A stretch of 64,000 nt of DNA from Trebonia sp. GTDB taxonomy: Bacteria; Actinomycetota; Actinomycetes; Streptosporangiales; Streptosporangiaceae. Shown here in pieces: positions 10,051-18,382 of this stretch (the first letter of the stretch is position 1; each line of letters begins with the position of its first letter). The stretch covers positions 1 through 64,000 of the forward strand of contig DATBEM010000025.1 in NCBI GenBank assembly GCA_036276115.1, in the 5' to 3' direction. The notes beneath the pieces were generated by a model that made no database searches, was not told where the DNA came from, and saw only the letters and a program-made list of their open reading frames with translations. The position numbers and the translations under genes were made by a program.

Positions 10051-11814
10051 TTAGCTCGCCGGCGTGACCTCGATGTCCACCCAGTAGCACTCGCCGTCGC
10101 CCGACGTGGTGTAGGTCTGGGGGTAGGACCAGGCGCCGACGGTGTAAGTCGACTGGCCCGGCCCGGAGGCAGCGGCCTGCGACGGCGCGCTGATCGGCCC
10201 GGCGGTGATGCCGCTGGCACCGATCCCGCTGGCGCCCCAGTAGCCGACGGTGGCCAGGTACCACTGCTTGCCGCCGCCGTAGTAGACGGCGACCCGGTAA
10301 TCGCCCGGCGGGAGCGTGACGCCGCTGTAGGGGGCCGACACCCAGCCCGACCCCGCCGTCCCCGACCAGGCCGGGGAGGTGTCGCTGGCGCCGGGGACCT
10401 CGGCCCCGGTGGCCACGTTCCAGATGCCGGTCCTGGTCGGCAGCGCGCCCGCGCCGGACGCGGAGTAGAACCAGATCTTGTTCAGCGCGGCGGCCTGGGT
10501 GAGCTTGACCTCGGTGGCGATCGTGTAGCCGAGCGTCTCCGAGTTGAGGTTGCCGGGGATGGCCGGGTAGCCGGGCCACATCCGGTACGAGGCACCCGCG
10601 GGCGGGGTCGTGGTGACCTGCATGTCGAGCCAGAAGTTGGAGGTGTTCGAGCCGTAGACCGGCGCCACCATCGTCGGGTCGGTGCCCGCGGTGCTGAACA
10701 CGGCCTGGGCGTTCTTGAACGGGGAGGGACGCGACCCGGAGCCGTCGGAGTAGCCGACCAGCGGGCCGCTCACGATGCCGTTGGCCAGGGGCTGCCCGCT
10801 GCCGAACTGGTTCTCGGTGATCGGGAAGCTGCCGGAGAAGCCGGTCGCGGCCACGTAGGTGGCGCCGGGCGCCAGCGCCACCGGGCTGGCCAGCGGCACG
10901 TAGTTCCACTGCCCGGCCGTCAGCGGGCCGGAGGTCACCGTGCTGCCGGCCACCGGCGTCGCGTTGGCCGCGCCGGACAGGGACCACAGGGTGAACTTCT
11001 GGGCGCTGGTCGACTGCCCGCTCGCGCACACCCACCACCAGAAGCCGGTCAGCCAGGTGCCGCCGGAGGTGATGCCGGTGACGACGCCCGCGATGAACGG
11101 CCCCGAGTAGGAGACCGGGCTGGCGGGGCCGTTGGTGGCCGGGAACAGCCGGTAGTTCTCCCCGCCGGTCGGCGTCTGGGTGGGGGTCGGCGTCGGCGTG
11201 GGGGTCGGGGTGACGGTGGGCGTCGCCGAGGGGGTCGGGGGGGCGGTGACCGCGGTGAAGGCGAACCCGCTCACGAACGCGGCGCACAGCCATTGGCCCT
11301 TGCTGGCGTTGTAGATGAAGCCGACCAGGTCGGTCTGCCCCGACGTGGTGCTGAGGGTCGGCTGCGGCAGGCTGGTGGAGAATTCGTAGCCGCTGCCCCA
11401 CGCGAGCGTGTAGGGACCGCCGGTGCCCTGCGTCACCTGGATGGTGATCTTCTGCCCGTCGACCGGGTTGGCGGGCGTGCCGACGGACCGGTTCCCGGCG
11501 ATCGTCACCCGGAAGTCGTTGCCCATGGAGGCATCGACCGCGATGGTCGCCGCGTCGTTGAGCACGACGACGGCCGGCGCCATGGCCCCCTGCACGGTGG
11601 CCGTGCCCATCTTCGCGGTCAGCACCACGTGCTGTCCGTTACTGCCCGTAGCGCCGGACGACCAGGCCGCCTTGGTCAGGGCCGCGCCGCTGGCCGCGCC
11701 GATCGCCGCCGCCCCGACCGCGCCGCGAAAGATCCGCCTGCGGCTGAGCGCCTCGTCCGGCAGCGCCTCGCCCGGCCGCGGCTCGCGTCTGCCGCCCGAT
11801 GATCTCCGCTTCAT
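10051..11814 (-). CDS. Tat-signal secreted multidomain protein (long paralogue; TP-repeat linker + C-terminal domain)
   Basis: SRRRIFRGAVGAAAIGAASGAALT Tat motif; N-domain homologous to 9508-10026 (MGNDFRVTIAGNRSVGTPANPVDGQKITIQVTQGTGGPYTLAWGSGYEF…); TPTPTPTPTPTQTPTGG linker; start taken at internal ATG 11814 (MKRRSSGG…), track ORF extends to 11907. Confidence 0.6.
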   Translation of the reverse strand: MKRRSSGGRREPRPGEALPDEALSRRRIFRGAVGAAAIGAASGAALTKAAWSSGATGSNGQHVVLTAKMGTATVQGAMAPAVVVLNDAATIAVDASMGNDFRVTIAGNRSVGTPANPVDGQKITIQVTQGTGGPYTLAWGSGYEFSTSLPQPTLSTTSGQTDLVGFIYNASKGQWLCAAFVSGFAFTAVTAPPTPSATPTVTPTPTPTPTPTQTPTGGENYRLFPATNGPASPVSYSGPFIAGVVTGITSGGTWLTGFWWWVCASGQSTSAQKFTLWSLSGAANATPVAGSTVTSGPLTAGQWNYVPLASPVALAPGATYVAATGFSGSFPITENQFGSGQPLANGIVSGPLVGYSDGSGSRPSPFKNAQAVFSTAGTDPTMVAPVYGSNTSNFWLDMQVTTTPPAGASYRMWPGYPAIPGNLNSETLGYTIATEVKLTQAAALNKIWFYSASGAGALPTRTGIWNVATGAEVPGASDTSPAWSGTAGSGWVSAPYSGVTLPPGDYRVAVYYGGGKQWYLATVGYWGASGIGASGITAGPISAPSQAAASGPGQSTYTVGAWSYPQTYTTSGDGECYWVDIEVTPAS

Positions 11815-11943
11815 AGCCCCCTCCTCGTTCAACCCGAAAACGGCTCTAACCAGGACCAACTGCGCCCCGTGGGAGTAAGACGCCCGCCCGGATGACCTGG
11901 TTGACACCGCTAAACCTATCTTCCATGGGATTTCGGATGAAAT

Positions 11944-13161
11944 CTACCCCTGGATCCGGGGAGTCCTGGCCGCCGGGCGGCCACGCCAGGACACGGCCCG
12001 GCCGCTGTAGTGCCGCCGGGCGGAGTCGACTGTCATGCCGGCGTACAGGAGGGCGATGAACGGTAGCAAAGGGGCCCTAAGTGGTGACAGATGGTAATAG
12101 CGGAGCATGGGCACGAAGCTGGCCGCCATGAGGACCAGGGCCGCCAGCCCGGCCGCCCCGGCGAGGGCAGTGCCCGCCCCCCCGCCCGCCCCCCCGCCCG
12201 CCGCCCCGCCGGCCCCGGTCCCGGCGCTGGCCACCGCGGCGAGCAGGCCAGCCAGCGGCAGCGCGAACAGGAACGCCAGGCCCGCCACCGTCCCGGCCAG
12301 CAGGAGCGGCGAGTACCGGAGCTGGACGTAGGCGGACCGGGCGATCATGTGCCAGAGGCTGGCCAGCCCGGGGTAAGGCCGGATGCTGGCGATGTCGCGG
12401 GTGAGGCCGAGCCAGCAGCGGTTGCCGTCCCGCTTCAGGAGCGTGCCGAGGGCGACGTCGTCGATGAGCGCGCCCTTCATCCGCACCAGGCCGCCGGCCT
12501 TCTCCAGGGCCGCCCGGCGGATCAGCATGACCCCGCCTGCCCCGGCCGCGACCCGGGAGCCGGGGTCGTTGACCCGGCGCGGCGGGTAGAGCTGGAAGAA
12601 GAAGTACACGAAGGCGGGCACGATGACCCGTTCCCAGCGGGTCCGGGTGCTCAGCAGCGCCATCTGGGAGACCAGCGCCCGGTCGTCGGACTCGGCCGCC
12701 GCCACCAGTGCCCGCAGGGCACCCGGCGCCCACTCGATGTCGGCGTCGGTGAACAGGAGGTAGCCCTCGCCGGGGCCGCTGGCCTCCAGGCCCTGCTGCA
12801 TCGCCCAGACCTTGCCCGCCCAGCCGTCCGGGCGGGGCCGCCCGGGAATGACCGCGAGCGCCGTCCCCGGCCTGGTCCGGCCGATTTCCGCGGCGATGGC
12901 GCCGGTGCCGTCCGAGCTCCCGTCGTCCACCAGCGTGACCCGCAGCTCGCCGGGGTAGTCCTGGCCCAGCAGGGCCGGCAGCGTGGCCGGGAGCATGTCG
13001 GCCTCGTTGCGGGCGGGCACCACTGCCTGCACGGCGGGCCAGTGAGCGACGGGCCCGGCCGGCGGCAGCCGCTGCCCGGTCAGCCAGTAGCCGCCGTTGA
13101 ACAGCAGCAGGTACGCCCAGGCGAGGGCACTGACGGCGCACGCGATTCCCAGGATGAGCAC
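11944..13161 (-). CDS. Glycosyltransferase family 2, multi-TM (HpnB/CsbB-like polyprenyl-phosphate or membrane GT2)
   Basis: N-terminal TM, then VVPARNEADMLP…LLGQDYPG…VTLVDDGSSDGT GT2 motifs, DxD (TDADIEW), C-terminal TM helices. Confidence 0.75.
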   Translation of the reverse strand: MLILGIACAVSALAWAYLLLFNGGYWLTGQRLPPAGPVAHWPAVQAVVPARNEADMLPATLPALLGQDYPGELRVTLVDDGSSDGTGAIAAEIGRTRPGTALAVIPGRPRPDGWAGKVWAMQQGLEASGPGEGYLLFTDADIEWAPGALRALVAAAESDDRALVSQMALLSTRTRWERVIVPAFVYFFFQLYPPRRVNDPGSRVAAGAGGVMLIRRAALEKAGGLVRMKGALIDDVALGTLLKRDGNRCWLGLTRDIASIRPYPGLASLWHMIARSAYVQLRYSPLLLAGTVAGLAFLFALPLAGLLAAVASAGTGAGGAAGGGAGGGAGTALAGAAGLAALVLMAASFVPMLRYYHLSPLRAPLLPFIALLYAGMTVDSARRHYSGRAVSWRGRPAARTPRIQG

Positions 13162-13193
13162 GAGGGCAGCCTAGGGCCTGCCCGGGCGGGCCC

Positions 13194-15182
13194 TCACGCG
13201 CGCCAGCCCAGCATCGCGCCGGACTGGACGGCGGGGCTCCCGAGGATCCCGCTGAGGTAATCGGCCAGCGGGGAGCCCGGGCTGGTGTCCGCGACCACGG
13301 CCGCGACCTTGGTGCTGGCGATCCAGGCGGCGACGGAAGCGGCCGGCTGGGCCTCCTGGGTCACCTGAAGCCCGGCCGAGCTGATGGGGCCGGTTCCCGA
13401 GGCTAGCCACAGCTCGTTCAGGTACTGGCCGGCCTTGTCCAGGCCGGGCCCGCCAACGTACGCCTGGCCGTTCCAGATCGGCCCGATGAAGTAGCCGCCC
13501 ACCATGTCCGGTGGCGTTCCCGTCGTGGCCTGCCAGCGCAACGGGGCGGGGAACGCTCCGGTCGGCACCGGGACGACCAGCACGCCGGCCCCGGCGGGCA
13601 GCCGCAGCGCGTCCAGCACCTGGGTCCAGCCCGGCGGCACCGGCTCCACGGCGGTGGCCGGCAGCGGGGCGGGCAGCAGCGGGACGACGACGACCGCCGC
13701 GGCCAGGGCGAGCAGGGCCCGCGCGCGGGCCCGGCGGATCGCGGGGCCGGCGATCCCGTCGCAGGCGCGCCAGGCCTCGTCGACCAGCACGGCCAGGAGG
13801 GCGGCGGCGGCCCCGTCGGCGACGATCGAGAACCGGTCCACGATCGCGGAGCTGGCGAGCGGGTAGGACTGCAGGTAGTACCACGGCAGCTTGAGCCAGC
13901 CGTGGACGTGGCCGTTGAACAGCAGCGTCCCGCCGAGGGCGAAGACCTCCATGATGAGGAACGTCAGCGACAGGACCCGCACGGCCAGGCGGCGCCACAG
14001 GACGCAGGTGCCCCAGACCAGGATCACCAGCAGCGGCCAGCCCAGGTAGCCGAGGTACTCGGCCGGGCCGCCCGGGTACTTGTCCGCGAACGCCGCGCTG
14101 GCCTGCGAGTGGATCAGCTGCAGCCGGGAGGGCTGGACCAGCCCCTCCAGGTCGTTCTTGTAGTAGTCGATCAGGTAAGGGCTGCCGTGCTGGGCGAGGG
14201 GCCCGGCGAACTGCGTCCACACCGCGTAGCCGGCCAGCGCGAGGAAGACGGCCGCCGCCGCCAGCAGCCCGGCCGCCAGCGGGCGGGCGGCGTCGAGGAC
14301 GGCGGGAAGCCAGCCGGGCACGGCCTTCCTGGTGAGCAAGGCCTTCCTGGTGAGCAAGGCGTTCCCGGTGAGCAAGGCGTTCCCGGTGAGCAGGGCCTCC
14401 TCGGCCGGGCGGTCGCCCGGGACGGGCGGGAGCGGCGCGGGCGCCAGCTCGCCTTGCTGGGCCGACCGGGCGACGATCACCCGGCTGAGCCCGGCCACGA
14501 CCAGTCCCACGACGATCGCCAGGACGGTGTTGAACAGCAGTTCCTCGGCGCTCAGGAGCTGGAGGGCGGCCGTCGCGCCGAGTCCCGCCCCGTTGGCGAC
14601 CGGGCGCCCCCGGCCGGTGACCAGCCGGGCGGCGCAGTGGGCGATCAGCGGCGGGAAGACCGCGAACTGCAGGTCGTAGTGGCCGACGGCGGCCTGCGCG
14701 AGGGCGGGCGAGAAGCCGTACGCCAGCCCGGCGCAGGCGGCCGCGAACGGGCCGGCCCGCCACCGTCGCAGCACCCAGTACAGGCTGCCGGCCGACCCGG
14801 CGAAGCCGAGGGTGAGCATGACGTTGAGGCTGACCTGAGGCCCGAACGCCAGCGTGACCGGGGACAGCACGACCGCCGGGAGCAGGATCGAGGGATTCCA
14901 CATCGCGCTGACCCCGGCCGGGGCGTTCATCCCGGCCGTGATCAGCCCGGGGAGCCGCCAGCGGGCGACCGCCTCGGCGGCGTGGCGCATCCACCAGGCG
15001 GCCTGGTCGGGGTCACCCGGGTTCCCGGCCACGATCCGCGCCGCCGGGCTCTTCCACAGCAGCGCCGTCACCGCGATCGCGGCCAGCAGGTAGCAGGCGG
15101 CGACGATGGCCGGCTCGCGGCGCACGAGGCGGGACAGGCGCCCGGGGCGCCGCAGCACCGCCCCTGGCCCGTCGGCCTTCAC
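13194..15182 (-). CDS. Large polytopic membrane protein, putative GT-C-type glycosyltransferase partner of the adjacent GT2
   Basis: Many predicted TM helices; start placed at GTG 15182 so as not to overlap the carbonic anhydrase gene (track ORF continues to 15362); contains in-frame 18-bp tandem repeat. Confidence 0.5.
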   Translation of the reverse strand: MKADGPGAVLRRPGRLSRLVRREPAIVAACYLLAAIAVTALLWKSPAARIVAGNPGDPDQAAWWMRHAAEAVARWRLPGLITAGMNAPAGVSAMWNPSILLPAVVLSPVTLAFGPQVSLNVMLTLGFAGSAGSLYWVLRRWRAGPFAAACAGLAYGFSPALAQAAVGHYDLQFAVFPPLIAHCAARLVTGRGRPVANGAGLGATAALQLLSAEELLFNTVLAIVVGLVVAGLSRVIVARSAQQGELAPAPLPPVPGDRPAEEALLTGNALLTGNALLTRKALLTRKAVPGWLPAVLDAARPLAAGLLAAAAVFLALAGYAVWTQFAGPLAQHGSPYLIDYYKNDLEGLVQPSRLQLIHSQASAAFADKYPGGPAEYLGYLGWPLLVILVWGTCVLWRRLAVRVLSLTFLIMEVFALGGTLLFNGHVHGWLKLPWYYLQSYPLASSAIVDRFSIVADGAAAALLAVLVDEAWRACDGIAGPAIRRARARALLALAAAVVVVPLLPAPLPATAVEPVPPGWTQVLDALRLPAGAGVLVVPVPTGAFPAPLRWQATTGTPPDMVGGYFIGPIWNGQAYVGGPGLDKAGQYLNELWLASGTGPISSAGLQVTQEAQPAASVAAWIASTKVAAVVADTSPGSPLADYLSGILGSPAVQSGAMLGWRA
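14322..14400 (-). repeat. 18-bp tandem direct repeat x4 + partial copy (unit ggccttcctggtgagcaa / ggcgttcccggtgagcaa) inside membrane-protein CDS
   Basis: Read directly from sequence; encodes LLTGNALLTGNALLTRKALLTRKA hexapeptide repeats in frame. Confidence 0.9.
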
Positions 15183-15214
15183 GGCAGGGGCGGACACGCC
15201 GACAGGGTACCTTT

Positions 15215-15718
15215 TCAGCCCACTTCGCGCAGCCGCCCGGTCGCGACGTCGAACACGAAGCCGCGGACCTGGTCCTTGTGCGGGACGAAGGGGCTCGCCG
15301 TGACCCGCGCGACCGACTGCCGGACGTCCTGGTCGAGGTCGGTGAACGCCTCGGTGGCCCACGGCGGCCGGACGCCGGCGTCGGCCTCGATCGCGTCCTT
15401 CAGCCCGGCGTCGGTGAACTTCGCCATGCCGCAGTCGGTGTGGTGGAGGAGCGCGACCTCGCGGGTGCCGAGCAGCCGCTGGCTGATCACCAGCGAGCGG
15501 ATGGCGTCGTCGGTGATGACCCCGCCGGCGTTCCGGATCACGTGCGCGTCGCCGGGGGCGAGGCCGAGCACGGAGTGCACGTCGAGCCGCGAGTCCATGC
15601 AGGCGATGACGGCCAGGCGCAGCGCGGGCGGGTGGGGCGCGGCCCCCGGGTAGGCGGCGGCGTACTTCTCGTTGCGGGCAAGCAGCTCATCGATCACGCC
15701 AGAAATTAGACCAGGCAC
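15215..15718 (-). CDS. Beta-class carbonic anhydrase
   Basis: CMDSRLDV…HTDCGM zinc-ligand motifs typical of beta-CA; 167 aa. Confidence 0.85.
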   Translation of the reverse strand: MPGLISGVIDELLARNEKYAAAYPGAAPHPPALRLAVIACMDSRLDVHSVLGLAPGDAHVIRNAGGVITDDAIRSLVISQRLLGTREVALLHHTDCGMAKFTDAGLKDAIEADAGVRPPWATEAFTDLDQDVRQSVARVTASPFVPHKDQVRGFVFDVATGRLREVG

Positions 15719-15862
15719 CCGGCCAGACGGCTACCCGCGCCTCGCGGCCGACGACCTTTCGGCATGCTTGTCCGATTCGTTACCAAAGTGCCTGCAACCA
15801 TCTAATGACATCGAGCGTCCCCATTTCTGAGGAGTCTCGAAGCTAGACGTTGAGAGGTCGGT

Positions 15863-16723
15863 ATGAAATCGGACAGGCGCATGCCCCGCGTGCTCGGAAG
15901 ACTGGCGATTGGCGCGAGCGCGGTGGGGATCGCCATGGCGGCCCTGGCCGTCCCGGCGAGCGCCTCGGCGCTCCGGCCGGCCACGACGGCGCAGCTCACG
16001 ACGGCCCACCCGGCGGCCGCGGGGACCCCGCCAACGACGGCCCGGGCCACGCCGGCCATGCCCGCCACGTCATCAACGGGCGGCTACGTCGCGCCGTCGC
16101 GGACCCTGCAGTACGGCGACCGCGGCTCCGACGTGACCGCCATGCAGCACCGCCTGGCGGCCCTGCACTACTGGCTGAACGTCACCGGCGTGTTCGACTA
16201 CGACACCCAGGAGGCGGTCTACGCCTTCCAGGCGATCAACAAGCTGTCGATGGACGGCGTCGTCGGCCCGATGACCAGGAACGCGCTCGTCCGCCCGCAT
16301 GCCTACACGCCGCAGGACCCGTCGGTGGCGACCCGCGTCGAGGTCAACATCTACCCCAAGGTCCAGGTCCTCGTTTACTACAAGGACCACAACCTCGCGC
16401 TGATCAGCCACATCTCCAGCGCCGGCGGCTACCGCTTCTGCGACTCCAACGGCTGCTCGATCGCGACCACGCCAACCGGCTGGTACCGGGCCAACTGGTT
16501 CGCCCCGGGCTGGGTGACGGTCCCGCTGGGGGCGATGTACAACCCGGTGTTCTTCATCGGCGGGTCGTACGCGATCCACGGCGACACGTCGGTGCCGAAC
16601 TACCCCGCCTCCCACGGCTGCGTCCGCATCCCCGACGACCTGGCGAAGGTCTTCCACACGATGATCTCCGTCAGCTACTCCAGCGGCACCCGGATCCACG
16701 TCTACAGCCGGTCCGGCACTTAG
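15863..16723 (+). CDS. L,D-transpeptidase with N-terminal signal peptide and peptidoglycan-binding domain
   Basis: Signal peptide; PG_binding_1-like (GDRGSDVTAMQHRLAALHYW…); YkuD catalytic motif HGCVRIP. Confidence 0.85.
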   Translation: MKSDRRMPRVLGRLAIGASAVGIAMAALAVPASASALRPATTAQLTTAHPAAAGTPPTTARATPAMPATSSTGGYVAPSRTLQYGDRGSDVTAMQHRLAALHYWLNVTGVFDYDTQEAVYAFQAINKLSMDGVVGPMTRNALVRPHAYTPQDPSVATRVEVNIYPKVQVLVYYKDHNLALISHISSAGGYRFCDSNGCSIATTPTGWYRANWFAPGWVTVPLGAMYNPVFFIGGSYAIHGDTSVPNYPASHGCVRIPDDLAKVFHTMISVSYSSGTRIHVYSRSGT

Positions 16724-16744
16724 CCCCTGTCCCTGGCAGGAAAC

Positions 16745-16783
16745 GCAGCCGGCCCGCTCTCGTCGCGAGAGCGGGCCGGCTGC
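16745..16783. terminator. Perfect 39-nt palindrome (GCAGCCGGCCCGCTCTCGtcgCGAGAGCGGGCCGGCTGC), probable bidirectional terminator between convergent genes
   Basis: 18-bp GC-rich stem seen directly; sits between the stop of the L,D-transpeptidase gene (16723) and the stop of the flotillin gene (16827). Confidence 0.5.
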
Positions 16784-16826
16784 GTGAAAGGGTGAAACCG
16801 GGCCGAGGATCCTAGCCCGACGGCAG

Positions 16827-17993
16827 CTAGCCCGGCGGGAGCTGTCCCGTCGGGCGCTGGCCTTGCGGGCGCTGGCTCTGGGCGCGGGCGCCGTTGGTGG
16901 ACGGCCCGTCGTCGTCGGCCTGGATCACGTTCTTGCGGACCGACTCCAGGATCGTCAGGCCCTGGCTGACCAGGCCGGCCGCGATCTCGCCGAGGCCGTC
17001 GGCGCCGTTGAGCACGCTGACGTTGGCGCCCGCCAGGCCGCCGGCCGCCTCCTTGACGATCTGCGGGAGCTGGGTGATGAGCATCTGGTCGAGGGCGACG
17101 CGGTCGTTGGACGCGGCCGCCTCGGCCGCGATGCGGGTCCGCTCGGCGTCGGCCTTGGCCAGGATCTTGACCTTCTCGGCCTCGGCCTCGGCGGGGCGGA
17201 TCACCTCGGCGATGAGCTGCTTCTGCCGCAGCTCGGCCTGGCGGGTCGCCAGCTCGGCCTGGGCGGCGAGCACCGCCTGGGTCGCCTCGGCCTGCGCCAG
17301 CGGCCCGGCCTGGGCCGCCAGAGCCTGGGCCTTGTCGATCTCGGCCTTGTACTGGGCCTGGACGACGGCGGTCTGCCGGGCGAACTCGGCCTGCTTGCGG
17401 GCCGAGGCCTGCTGGGCCTCGACCGCCGCCTGGTCCGCCGCCGCCTGGGCGATCTTGGCCTGGCGCTGGATCGCCGCGTTGTTCGGCGCGGCCATCGCCA
17501 TGATGTAGCCGGCCCCCATGTCATCGATCGACTGGATCTGCAGCGAGTCCACCGACAGCCCGATGGTGGCCATCTCCGACTTAGACCCGTCGAGCACCTC
17601 GGTGGCGAGCTTCTGCCGCTCGGTGACGATCTCCTCGACGGTCATCGAGCCGATGATCGACCGCAGGTGGCCCGCGAAGATCCGCCCGGTCAGGACCGAC
17701 ATCTGGTCCTGGTCCGACAGGAAGCGCTGGCCGGCGTTGACGATGGACTCGGGGTCGTTGCCGACCTTGAACGCGATGACCGCCCGGACGTTCAGCGCGA
17801 TGCCCTGCTTGGTGACGCACTGCTCGGCGACCTCCGCCTCCTGCATCGAGAGCGTGAGGTAGCGGACCTTGCGGAAGACCGGCATCACGAAAGCGCCGTG
17901 CCCGGTCACCACCCGGAAGGGGACGCCGGTGGCGCCGCGGCCACCCGATATCAGCATCGCCTCGTCGGGCGCGGGAACGCGATACCCAAACAT
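16827..17993 (-). CDS. SPFH/band-7 flotillin-like protein (YqiK/FloT-like)
   Basis: SPFH domain N-terminus followed by long Ala/Gln/Glu-rich coiled-coil (AQAAADQAAVEAQQASARKQAEF…). Confidence 0.85.
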   Translation of the reverse strand: MFGYRVPAPDEAMLISGGRGATGVPFRVVTGHGAFVMPVFRKVRYLTLSMQEAEVAEQCVTKQGIALNVRAVIAFKVGNDPESIVNAGQRFLSDQDQMSVLTGRIFAGHLRSIIGSMTVEEIVTERQKLATEVLDGSKSEMATIGLSVDSLQIQSIDDMGAGYIMAMAAPNNAAIQRQAKIAQAAADQAAVEAQQASARKQAEFARQTAVVQAQYKAEIDKAQALAAQAGPLAQAEATQAVLAAQAELATRQAELRQKQLIAEVIRPAEAEAEKVKILAKADAERTRIAAEAAASNDRVALDQMLITQLPQIVKEAAGGLAGANVSVLNGADGLGEIAAGLVSQGLTILESVRKNVIQADDDGPSTNGARAQSQRPQGQRPTGQLPPG

Positions 17994-18011
17994 GTCTACT
18001 CTCCTGACGAA

Positions 18012-18269
18012 CTACTGGTTCTGCGCTGGACCATGAAGCTGGGGGGCCTCGCCGAGCGGGTCTTCCCATTGCACGACATCGACCGCCCGGCCCCCACGGG
18101 AATCGGTGACCAGGACGGTTGCCCCCCTCGGGAGAGGCTCCGACGACCATGCGAGGAAGTGCTCGGAACCGCCGCGAACCCGGATGCGGACCTCCCCCGG
18201 GCCATCAGGGCCCCGGGTCGCGATGGTAAGGACACCGACCACGCCGATGCAGGATTCGTCACGCGCCAA
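18012..18269 (-). CDS. NfeD-like OB-fold protein (short form), operonic with flotillin
   Basis: 85 aa, beta-strand-rich GEVRIRVRGGSEHFLAWSSEPLPRGATVLVTDSRGGRAVDV typical of NfeD C-terminal OB domain; ends 19 bp before the flotillin start. Confidence 0.5.
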   Translation of the reverse strand: MARDESCIGVVGVLTIATRGPDGPGEVRIRVRGGSEHFLAWSSEPLPRGATVLVTDSRGGRAVDVVQWEDPLGEAPQLHGPAQNQ

Positions 18270-18382
18270 CGGACGCCTCCTTCACATGAAGAAAGCTGGT
18301 ACTACTGAGCCTAGTCCCCCATGGCAACGGGCCGTTTCACCGGGAAGTTCCGCTTGGCGGATACGTTCGTTACGCTAAAAAA

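Noticed and set aside
9416-11401. 661-aa minus-strand ORF
   Set aside because: Alternate frame overlapping the two secreted-protein genes; His/Arg/Pro-rich nonsense composition.
14322-14400. Possible CRISPR array (also considered for 22731-22778 and 31991-32040)
   Set aside because: Repeats are directly adjacent with no spacers, short (15-18 bp), few copies, and two of the three are in-frame inside CDSs; no cas genes in the window.
13171-14994. 607-aa minus-strand ORF
   Set aside because: Alternate frame of the polytopic membrane protein gene (13194-15182), which has plausible TM-helix composition.
15719-15862. Intergenic region upstream of the L,D-transpeptidase as a possible riboswitch or ncRNA
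   Set aside because: Only 144 bp with no obvious conserved structure or known riboswitch motif that I can recognise by eye.
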